Of a stretch of 64,000 bases of DNA, positions 56,689 through 64,000 are shown one piece after another. The notes below the pieces were generated by a model. It saw only the letters and a list, made by a program, of their open reading frames with translations, was not told where the DNA came from and did not search any database. The DNA lies in the NCBI RefSeq assembly GCF_902766885.1, contig NZ_CACXFS010000036.1; one strand, written 5' to 3'. How positions within the stretch are numbered: position 1 is the first letter of the stretch; each line of letters opens with the position of its first letter. The position numbers and the translations under genes were made by a program. The stretch comes from an uncultured Ruminococcus sp. GTDB lineage: Bacteria; Bacillota; Clostridia; Oscillospirales; Acutalibacteraceae.

Positions 56689-58077
56689 TTGAATTACGAT
56701 AAGCTTATGGATAAAATAAAAAGAATACATTTCATCGGAATAGGCGGCAGTGGAATGTGTCCGCTGGCTGAGATTCTGCGCAGTGAAGGCTTTGAGCTTT
56801 CCGGTTCCGATATGAACGAGGGAGAAACGCTTGACAGAATCAAAAGCTACGGCATACCCGTTTATATGGGACACAAGGCTGAGAATATTAACGGTGCAGA
56901 GCTTGTTGTGTACTCCGCTGCAATCAAGGAAACAAATCCCGAAAGGAAAGCCGCAATGGAACAGGGTATTCCCTGCATTGAACGCAGTGTTATGCTCGGT
57001 ATTGTGACAAGAAGATATAAAAGGAGCATTGCTGTTTCGGGTACTCACGGAAAGACAACAACTACTGCTATGCTGTCGCAGATTTTAATCGGCAGTGGAT
57101 TTGACCCGTCGGCAATCATCGGCGGTAAACTTCCGTTTATCGGGGGCAACAGCTACGTCGGTCACAGCGACATAATCGTATGCGAGGCTTGTGAATACGT
57201 TGACACATTCTTGCAGCTTAACCCGTTTATCTCGATTATTTTAAATATTGACGCTGACCACCTTGACTACTTTAAAAATCTTGACAACATTAAAAAATCA
57301 TTTAACAAGTTTTCAAAGCAGACTACGGGACTTCTTGTGATTAACGGTGACGACGAAAATACGCTTGACGCCGTTAAAGATGTTGAAATTGAAAAGATTA
57401 GCTACGGTTTCGGAGAAAGCTGTGACTACAGAGCAGTAAATGTAAGTGCCGACAAAGGCGTTCACGAGCAGTTCGACTTATACTACAAGGGAGAAAAGCT
57501 GACAAACATCAAGCTTATAGTCCCCGGCAAGCACAACATTTACAATGCTCTCGCGGCGGCGGCTACGGCTCACTATCTCGGTGCAACTCCTAAGGAAATC
57601 TCCGAAAATCTGCACAAGTTCGGCGGAGTTCACAGAAGATTTGAAATTCTCGGTACACCTTGCGGAATTACTGTTGCAGATGACTTTGCACACCATCCGA
57701 CAGAGCTTACCGCAACACTTAATGCCGCTATGAATATGGGCTTTAAAAAGGTATGGGCTGTGTTCCAGCCGCACACATTTTCAAGAACTGCTATGTTGCT
57801 TGACGATTTCGCAGAGGCTCTTAAGATTCCCGATGTTGCAATTATTTCCGAAATTCTGCCTGTAAGGGAAACAAACACGTACAATATTTACTCAACAGAC
57901 CTCGGTGCTAAGGTTCCGAACTCGGTTTGTCTTGACACATTTGAGGAAATCACAGACTACGTTTGCAAAAACGCAAAAGAGGGCGATTTGATTCTCACAA
58001 TGGGCGGCGGCAACGTTTATATGTGCGCAAATATGATTTACAAGCTACTGAAATTTATTGAGGACGGACAGGAATAA
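56689..58077 (+). CDS. murC: UDP-N-acetylmuramate--L-alanine ligase
   Basis: IHFIGIGGSGM and GTHGKTTTT are present. The track start at 56689 is TTG, and an alternative ATG lies at 56707. Confidence 0.93.
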   Translation: MNYDKLMDKIKRIHFIGIGGSGMCPLAEILRSEGFELSGSDMNEGETLDRIKSYGIPVYMGHKAENINGAELVVYSAAIKETNPERKAAMEQGIPCIERSVMLGIVTRRYKRSIAVSGTHGKTTTTAMLSQILIGSGFDPSAIIGGKLPFIGGNSYVGHSDIIVCEACEYVDTFLQLNPFISIILNIDADHLDYFKNLDNIKKSFNKFSKQTTGLLVINGDDENTLDAVKDVEIEKISYGFGESCDYRAVNVSADKGVHEQFDLYYKGEKLTNIKLIVPGKHNIYNALAAAATAHYLGATPKEISENLHKFGGVHRRFEILGTPCGITVADDFAHHPTELTATLNAAMNMGFKKVWAVFQPHTFSRTAMLLDDFAEALKIPDVAIISEILPVRETNTYNIYSTDLGAKVPNSVCLDTFEEITDYVCKNAKEGDLILTMGGGNVYMCANMIYKLLKFIEDGQE

Positions 58078-58116
58078 AAAATCTGTTCCGGTTATGCAAA
58101 AAGTATTTTATATACA

Positions 58117-58152
58117 GAAAAAGCTCCCGAAAAATCGGGAGCTTTTTCTTTT
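58117..58152. terminator. Bidirectional terminator between murC and htrA
   Basis: aaaaagctcccga-aaaa-tcgggagcttttt. Confidence 0.65.
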
Positions 58153-58179
58153 GGAGAGGTATTTTATGAAAAACAACAA

Positions 58180-59877
58180 TTACCAGCCAAACATCTGTGA
58201 CCAAATGTCATCAGAGCTGTCATTAGCGGGTGTTGTTGATGACTGTTTCTGAGCATTTCCGCTTGGAACGTACTCTGCAAGTGTAAGTGTTAAGTCTGAT
58301 GTTGTACCGTTGCGGTAAACGGTGAACTTGACTTTATCGCCTACCTTTGAATTTTCAAGAGCCTTTTCAACATCTGATGAAGTGCTTACGCTTGTACCGT
58401 TAACCTTGGTGATGAGGTCGCCTGTGTGAAAACCTGCTTCTTCTGCATTAGAACCACGTGTTACCGACAGCACATAGCAGCCCGTCTGATTTACACCGTA
58501 ATAGAATGCGGTATCCTTTGAAGTAATATCGGTAAGCTGCATACCAAGGTCGATTTTTCCTGTTACATAACCGTAGGATTTGAGGTCATCTATGATATCA
58601 AGAACATTGTTTATCGGAATTGCAAATGCTATACCTTCAACTTCGGTTGCGCTGTCCTTTGCGTTGACAATACCGATTAACTCACCGTTTGCATTAAAGA
58701 GTCCGCCGCCTGAGTTACCGGGGCTTATCTGGGCGTTAGTCTGAAGAAGAGTCATATTCTGATCTTCAATTGTAACATCTCTTGCAAGTGCGCTGATAAT
58801 ACCGTCTGTTACAGTACCGCCGAGCTCTCCGAGCGGATTGCCGATTGCTACAACGTAGTCACCTACTGCGAGAGTTGAGCTGTCACCAAAGGTTGCGGGT
58901 GTAAGACCTGTAGCGTCCACCTTGAGTAGGGCGATATCGTTATCGGAATCACTTCCGATTACTGCGGCTGTGTAGTTTGTCTTTCCGTCACGGAGTGTAA
59001 CTGTTACGCTGTTTGCGTCCTCAATTACGTGGTAATTTGTGATAATATATCCGTCCTCGGAAATTATTACGCCCGAGCCTGCACCCTGCACAACATACTG
59101 CTGAGCAAAGCTGCCAGTTTTTACGCCTTCGGTTGCAATTTCAACTACACTGTCTGCTGTTTTCTTTACGATATCCGAAGTTGTATTTGAAGACGGACTT
59201 CCGGCGCTTGAAGTGTTGCTTGCCTCTACCTTATTGATATTTATACTGCCTGAGCTTGAAGTATTCAGATTGTTTGCAAGATAGCCTCCGCCAAAGCCGA
59301 GTGCTGCGGAACAGAGAATTGAAACTATGAGCATTGCAGCTACAAAGCCTTTTGAAGCTGGCTTTTTAGGTTTTTTAACCTTTTGCTTTTTAACCTTTAC
59401 TTTATGCGTATTATGAGGATGTCCGTAAGGTGAAGCTTGCTGTCCTGCGGTATTTGAATAAGTTGTGTACGGAGTCTGAGAATTGTAAGTGCCTGATGCA
59501 CCGTATGAACTGTTTGAACCGTATCCTGACGCTGAACCGTTGTAGCCTGAATTCGAATATGAAGATGAATAGGTGTTTTGTGAATTAGAATTATCTGAAG
59601 TTGAATTGGACGAATTAGGTGTTGAATAAGCATTTTCATAATTATTCGGATTATGAGATGCGTTTTCATTGTTTCCGTTTACATAAGAGTAATGATACTC
59701 TCCGTTTGAACTGCTTTGAGTGCTGTTTGAATTCCATTCGTAAGAATTCTCTGTTGCTTTTGATTCAGAAGAAGTTCTGTCGGAACTGCTGTAAACATCG
59801 TTGCTGTTTGTGTTCTGATTTTCGGGCGGGTTATCGCCGCTGTTAAATTCATTGTTATTATTATAATAATCAGACAT
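58180..59877 (-). CDS. htrA: HtrA/DegP-family serine protease with PDZ domain and a long N/S/Y-rich N-terminal low-complexity region
   Basis: Catalytic triad context TNYHVIE, DIALLKV and GNSGGGLF, with a single TM and a C-terminal PDZ domain. Residues ~1-150 are an N/S/Y-rich low-complexity stretch, followed by a Lys-rich stretch. Confidence 0.88.
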   Translation of the reverse strand: MSDYYNNNNEFNSGDNPPENQNTNSNDVYSSSDRTSSESKATENSYEWNSNSTQSSSNGEYHYSYVNGNNENASHNPNNYENAYSTPNSSNSTSDNSNSQNTYSSSYSNSGYNGSASGYGSNSSYGASGTYNSQTPYTTYSNTAGQQASPYGHPHNTHKVKVKKQKVKKPKKPASKGFVAAMLIVSILCSAALGFGGGYLANNLNTSSSGSININKVEASNTSSAGSPSSNTTSDIVKKTADSVVEIATEGVKTGSFAQQYVVQGAGSGVIISEDGYIITNYHVIEDANSVTVTLRDGKTNYTAAVIGSDSDNDIALLKVDATGLTPATFGDSSTLAVGDYVVAIGNPLGELGGTVTDGIISALARDVTIEDQNMTLLQTNAQISPGNSGGGLFNANGELIGIVNAKDSATEVEGIAFAIPINNVLDIIDDLKSYGYVTGKIDLGMQLTDITSKDTAFYYGVNQTGCYVLSVTRGSNAEEAGFHTGDLITKVNGTSVSTSSDVEKALENSKVGDKVKFTVYRNGTTSDLTLTLAEYVPSGNAQKQSSTTPANDSSDDIWSQMFGW

Positions 59878-60106
59878 TATATTTGCCTCCTGTTTATCAG
59901 CTTTCGCTGCTGTTTTTTTATGTTGTAACTATAATAATCTGAAAAAGTGAAAACTATATGAACTCGTTTTGAAATAAATATGAAATAATATATACCATTA
60001 TGTGAAAAACAAGCAAAAAATATAAGATATTACATTGTAATTTACAGTAATATATGATATAATTATTATAAATTAATTAATTTTTTTGTTGATGGGAGAT
60101 ATATTT

Positions 60107-61930
60107 ATGAGAAAACGTTTCTTAAAAGTAATGCTTTGTGCAATTTTAAGTACTATGATTGCGTTATCTGCATCATTTGCTGCTTTTGCAACAGAAACAA
60201 ATTGCCCTGATATTCTTTTTGAGGTTAAAACAGACGAAAACGGTTTTCAGTATATAAAGGAAAACGAGAATGTAAAGGCGGATAAGATTAAAGTTAATGA
60301 TAATTTAATAAAATCTATTTCTCTTCCCTCAGAATACAATCTTGCAGACTATAACCAAGTGACCGGAATAAAAAATCAGAATCCATACGGTACGTGCTGG
60401 GCGTTTTCTGCAATTTCATCTATTGAATCGACACTGATAAAGTCAGGAAATGCTGACTCATCTGTTGATTTATCCGAAAAACACTTAATCTGGTTTAACT
60501 ACAACGGAGCTGACAGCAGTACAGACAAGAGCCTTTATGCAGGTAATGACTCCTATAACAGTTTAGGATATTCACCGTTTTTGTTGGGCGGTTCAATGTA
60601 TATGGCTGCATCTACTCTTTTGAGAAGATACGGAGTAGCTGATGAAAGTAAAGCGCCCTATGAATTTTCAAACGGCACAGAGCTTGACAGTTCTCTCAAA
60701 AATACATCTGACATTTATCTTAAAAATGTAACTTTCCTGCCTGAAACCGTATCATTTACAACAGATAGTTCGGGTAATGTTACAAATCAGGAACTTCTTG
60801 ACAGCAATACTGTCGCTGCAAGTATCAAGGAAATTAAAGAAAACATATATACTAAAGGTGCTGTTGCTGCCTCGTATTACTGTTCAGATTCAATGACCGG
60901 AAATAACTCAAATGACAAATACTGGGACAATACATATAAAAGCTATTACTTTAATGCAAAGCTTTCGGGCGAGGATAATTTTAATGCTCCTAACCATGGA
61001 GTTACCCTTGTCGGCTGGGATGACAGCTTTTCTAAAAACAACTTTGCAACAGCTCCTCCAAAAGACGGTGCGTGGATTGTTAAAAACAATTGGGGCAGCA
61101 ATTGGGGTAACAAAGGATATTTTTATCTTTCATATTATGATTTAAGCTTTAATGAACCTGTTGTTTTTGAAGCAGAAAATGCCAAATATAAATCCGACGG
61201 CACTACAAAGCACGAGTACAAAAACATATATCAGTATGACGGAATCGGCTTTGGTGACGCTCAGATTTATGATTACGGTAAAGACACATATAAATCAGCT
61301 AATTTCTTTACAGCAAGAGGCAACGAAAAGCTTGAAGCTATTTCGGTATCTTCACTTTATGATAATTGCACCATAAACTACGAAGTATATAAAAATCTCA
61401 CTTCAGATGTTAATCCCACACTCGGAACGCTTGCCGCTAAGGGCAGTAAATCGTTTGTAAACAAAGGCTACTATACCATACAGCTTGACACTCCTGTTGA
61501 ACTGTCCGAAGGTGAAAAATACTCTGTAGTAATAAATATATACTTTACAAGCGGAGGAAAGGATTATTCTATTCTCGCCTGCGAAACTCAATACGGTTAC
61601 TATACAAGCATTGAGGTAAACGAAAATCAGTCGTCATATTACTCAAACGGTAAGTGGCAGAAAATTGATTCATCATTAACAATTCTCGGCTGTAAAATCG
61701 GAAATGCAACTGTCAAAGCTTATACAAATGATGCTGCACAGCCTCTTTACGGAGATGTAAACAAAGACGGTGTTCTGAGTGTTGCAGACTCAACATTAAT
61801 CCAGAAGTACTGCGCTGAATTTGTAACCTTTACTGATGAACAGATTGCAGTTGCCGATATAAACAGAAACGGAAAAATCGACATCGGAGACGCTACTACA
61901 ATACAGAGAATCGTAGCCGGATTATTATAA
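60107..61930 (+). CDS. Secreted papain-like (C1 family) cysteine peptidase with a C-terminal dockerin
   Basis: Signal peptide, then QNPYGTCWAFSA (Cys), NHGVTLVGWDD (His) and VKNNWGSNWG (Asn). The dockerin is GDVNKDGVLSVADSTLIQKY / DINRNGKIDIGDATTIQRIV. The start is set at MRKRFLK (GGGAG 9 nt upstream). Confidence 0.85.
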   Translation: MRKRFLKVMLCAILSTMIALSASFAAFATETNCPDILFEVKTDENGFQYIKENENVKADKIKVNDNLIKSISLPSEYNLADYNQVTGIKNQNPYGTCWAFSAISSIESTLIKSGNADSSVDLSEKHLIWFNYNGADSSTDKSLYAGNDSYNSLGYSPFLLGGSMYMAASTLLRRYGVADESKAPYEFSNGTELDSSLKNTSDIYLKNVTFLPETVSFTTDSSGNVTNQELLDSNTVAASIKEIKENIYTKGAVAASYYCSDSMTGNNSNDKYWDNTYKSYYFNAKLSGEDNFNAPNHGVTLVGWDDSFSKNNFATAPPKDGAWIVKNNWGSNWGNKGYFYLSYYDLSFNEPVVFEAENAKYKSDGTTKHEYKNIYQYDGIGFGDAQIYDYGKDTYKSANFFTARGNEKLEAISVSSLYDNCTINYEVYKNLTSDVNPTLGTLAAKGSKSFVNKGYYTIQLDTPVELSEGEKYSVVINIYFTSGGKDYSILACETQYGYYTSIEVNENQSSYYSNGKWQKIDSSLTILGCKIGNATVKAYTNDAAQPLYGDVNKDGVLSVADSTLIQKYCAEFVTFTDEQIAVADINRNGKIDIGDATTIQRIVAGLL

Positions 61931-61944
61931 TTACTAAAACAGAT

Positions 61945-61986
61945 AAAACTCCTGCAACAGTTAATTTTGTTGCAGGAGTTTTTTTA
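61945..61986. terminator. Bidirectional terminator
   Basis: aaaactcctgcaaca-gttaattt-tgttgcaggagttttt. Confidence 0.65.
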
Positions 61987-61992
61987 TATACG

Positions 61993-62880
61993 TTATACGC
62001 TCTCGGTGACTGGTTTATCGTCATTTTCTTTTGACTTTTCACGTTTTTCAACTATTCTCTTTTTTACGATAACTTCATCAAACTTCTTTTTAAATGAGAT
62101 TCTGCCTATGAACCTGCGATTACAGCGTTTGCAGAAAAACTCGGCTGAAAAGCTCTTGTTGTGACTTTTCCACTTTGTCATTCGTCTTGCCTGTTTTCCG
62201 CAGCAGTCACATTTGAACTTCATCTGGCTTTTATCAATTTCATCGCTGTTTAAATCAGTTATGAAACGAGTTTTAAAAGTCATTTTTTCGTAGAAATTAT
62301 TATCATCTGCATTCAGGATAAAGCCTTTAAGCGGCTTTTTATCCGAAAGCTGCTTAAGACATTTAAGGCTCAATTCAGCATCAAAAAACGCACGGTGCTG
62401 TTCCTCCTGCGAAAATTCAATTCCGAGCAACTCGGCGCAGCTTGAAAGTCCGAGCTGGCTTGATGAATTGTGCAAATCAAGGCAACCCTCGCAATATGCC
62501 TGCAAATTGCAGTATCTTTTAAGAAACGGCAAATGATAATCACCTGTAAAATAGCTGTAGTTTTCAATCAGAGCGTGAATATCCGACGTTCCCCAAGTCA
62601 TTAAAATGCTGTCTCCGGAAAACTCGGTAAAGCGATTTACTGCGTCAAGAAACGGGATACCCTTTTCCTTTAACTCTTCATTTGTTATCTTTGTGAGCTC
62701 TTTTACCTTACTGCAAAGTTTTTTGCCGATTTGCGGCTTTATAAGCACGGAAAAAGTATCTGTAATATTAAACTCATCATCAACCTTTACTGCACCGAAT
62801 TCAATTATTTCATTGACAAATCTGTGCAAAACGGTGCTGTATGAGCCGTTCCATTCCAAATCAAGTATTACAAAACTCAT
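61993..62880 (-). CDS. DEDD-type 3'-5' exonuclease (KapD/ERI-like) with a C-terminal CxxC..CxxC zinc ribbon
   Basis: VILDLEWN (Exo I) and EIIEFGAV are present. The C-terminal ribbon is KCDCCGK..CKRCNRRF. The ATG shares 1 nt with the typA stop (TAATG). Confidence 0.62.
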   Translation of the reverse strand: MSFVILDLEWNGSYSTVLHRFVNEIIEFGAVKVDDEFNITDTFSVLIKPQIGKKLCSKVKELTKITNEELKEKGIPFLDAVNRFTEFSGDSILMTWGTSDIHALIENYSYFTGDYHLPFLKRYCNLQAYCEGCLDLHNSSSQLGLSSCAELLGIEFSQEEQHRAFFDAELSLKCLKQLSDKKPLKGFILNADDNNFYEKMTFKTRFITDLNSDEIDKSQMKFKCDCCGKQARRMTKWKSHNKSFSAEFFCKRCNRRFIGRISFKKKFDEVIVKKRIVEKREKSKENDDKPVTESV

Positions 62881-64000
62881 TATTTCTTACGGAAAGCCTG
62901 TTTCATACGCTGTTCTTTTGAAAGAATACGCTTGCGCATACGAATGTTTTCGGGAGTTACCTCAACAAGCTCATCGTCAGCAATAAATTCAAGGCACTGC
63001 TCAAGCGACATCTGGGTTGGAGGTGTAAGCTTTAACGCGTCATCCGAGCCCGACGCACGTGTGTTTGTAATGTGCTTTTTCTTGCAGACGTTTACGGTTA
63101 TATCCTCTGCCTTGGGACTTGCACCCACAATCATTCCCTCGTAAACGGGCACGCCTGCACCTATAAAGAGTCTGCCTCTCTCCTGTGCGGCATAGAGACC
63201 GTAGGTTACGGTTTCGCCGGTTTCGAAGGCAATAAGAGAGCCCTGATGACGTGTTACAATTTCGCCCTTGTAAGGCTCATAGCCGTCAAAAACGTGGTTC
63301 ATAATACCGTTGCCGTTTGTGTCGGTAAGGAATTCGGGGCGATAACCCATAAGTCCTCTTGCGGGAATTCTGAACTCAATGTGAGTTACACCGCCGTCAC
63401 GTGTGCCCATATTTACAAGCTCTGCTTTTCTTGAGCCTAGCTTTTCCATTACTGCGCCTACATATGAATCGGGCACTTCGATAATAAGAAACTCGATAGG
63501 CTCGTAAAGCTTGCCATCTATAGTCTTTGTGATTACCTGAGGGCGTGAAACCTGAAATTCGTAATTCTGGCGGCGCATTGTTTCAATGAGGATTGAGAGG
63601 TGAAGCTCGCCTCTGCCGGAAACCTTGAATGTATCGGCGCTGTCTGTTTCTTCAACACGCAGAGCTACGTTTGTTTCAATCTCCTTGAAAAGTCTGTCAC
63701 GCAGGTTACGGGAGGTAACGTACTTACCCTCTTTTCCTGCGAAGGGAGAATTGTTTACAATAAAGTTCATCGAAACGGTAGGCTCATCAATCTTAACAAA
63801 AGGCAAAGGCTCTATGCAGTCGGGAGAACAGATTGTTTCACCGATGTTGATGTCCTGAATACCGCTTATGCAAACGAGGTCTCCGAGCTTTGCTTCCTCA
63901 CACTCAACTCTTTTAAGACCTCCAAACTGGTAAAGCTTTGCAATTCTTACATTCTGCGTTGTGCCGTCAGCGTGACAGAGAACTGCCGCCTGTCCGTTCT
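62880..64000 (-). CDS. typA: Translational GTPase TypA/BipA, C-terminal ~373 aa; the 5' end lies beyond the window end
   Basis: The track ORF starts at an internal M (63806), but the frame stays open to position 64000 (hand translation ..NGQAAVLCHADGTTQNVRIAKLYQFGGLKRVE..). BipA-specific C-terminal domain motifs IEFRIPARGLMGYRPEFLTDT are present. Confidence 0.92.
   Translation of the reverse strand, partial: NGQAAVLCHADGTTQNVRIAKLYQFGGLKRVECEEAKLGDLVCISGIQDINIGETICSPDCIEPLPFVKIDEPTVSMNFIVNNSPFAGKEGKYVTSRNLRDRLFKEIETNVALRVEETDSADTFKVSGRGELHLSILIETMRRQNYEFQVSRPQVITKTIDGKLYEPIEFLIIEVPDSYVGAVMEKLGSRKAELVNMGTRDGGVTHIEFRIPARGLMGYRPEFLTDTNGNGIMNHVFDGYEPYKGEIVTRHQGSLIAFETGETVTYGLYAAQERGRLFIGAGVPVYEGMIVGASPKAEDITVNVCKKKHITNTRASGSDDALKLTPPTQMSLEQCLEFIADDELVEVTPENIRMRKRILSKEQRMKQAFRKK

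Noticed and set aside
58166-58252. 28-aa ORF (MKNNNYQPNICDQMSSELSLAGVVDDCF) with GGAGAGG upstream
   Set aside because: It lies immediately downstream of a bidirectional terminator with no promoter, and it is antisense to the 3' end of htrA. The SD-like match is probably fortuitous.

Overview
Chromosomal, largely housekeeping window of about 40% GC (judged by eye). It comes from a spore-forming Clostridia-class Firmicute, shown by SpoIIR, a CIRCE-controlled groESL and AddAB. Three secreted proteins carry C-terminal type-I dockerins: a GH13 alpha-amylase, a C1 cysteine peptidase and a 213-aa unknown. This points to a Ruminococcus bromii-like amylosome-forming gut bacterium, which is inference because no search was run. 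About 50 CDS are supported, roughly 80% on the minus strand. Main contents: a purC-purF-purB-purA-guaA operon, tRNA-Leu(CAA), a PyrB fused to a PyrI zinc domain, addAB, spoIIR, ispE, an Lrp-aminotransferase pair, nadE, a small envelope-glycan pair, gpsA, groESL, a COG2984-type ABC importer, nusB-tsaD-like-xseA-dnaE, a P-type ATPase, rsmA/rsmF, rlmD, murC, htrA and typA. No CRISPR array, transposase, integrase or prophage signal was seen. RNA elements not visible in the ORF track are a 6S-like RNA (26553-26736), a yybP-ykoY-like Mn2+ riboswitch leader before the P-type ATPase (47236-47375) and a CIRCE operator. The most system-like unexplained locus is a tight three-gene operon at 29598-31546. 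It encodes a PqqD-like RiPP recognition element, an S24/S26-like serine peptidase and an NTP_transf_5-like nucleotidyltransferase, with no precursor peptide, core maturase or exporter in cis. A second unannotated item is a stand-alone transcription unit (49871-50280) encoding a 42-aa Asn/Gln repeat micro-protein with a near-perfect Shine-Dalgarno sequence. Three families of short dispersed hairpin repeats sit at gene ends. All family assignments come from motif recognition by eye and none is confirmed by a database search.
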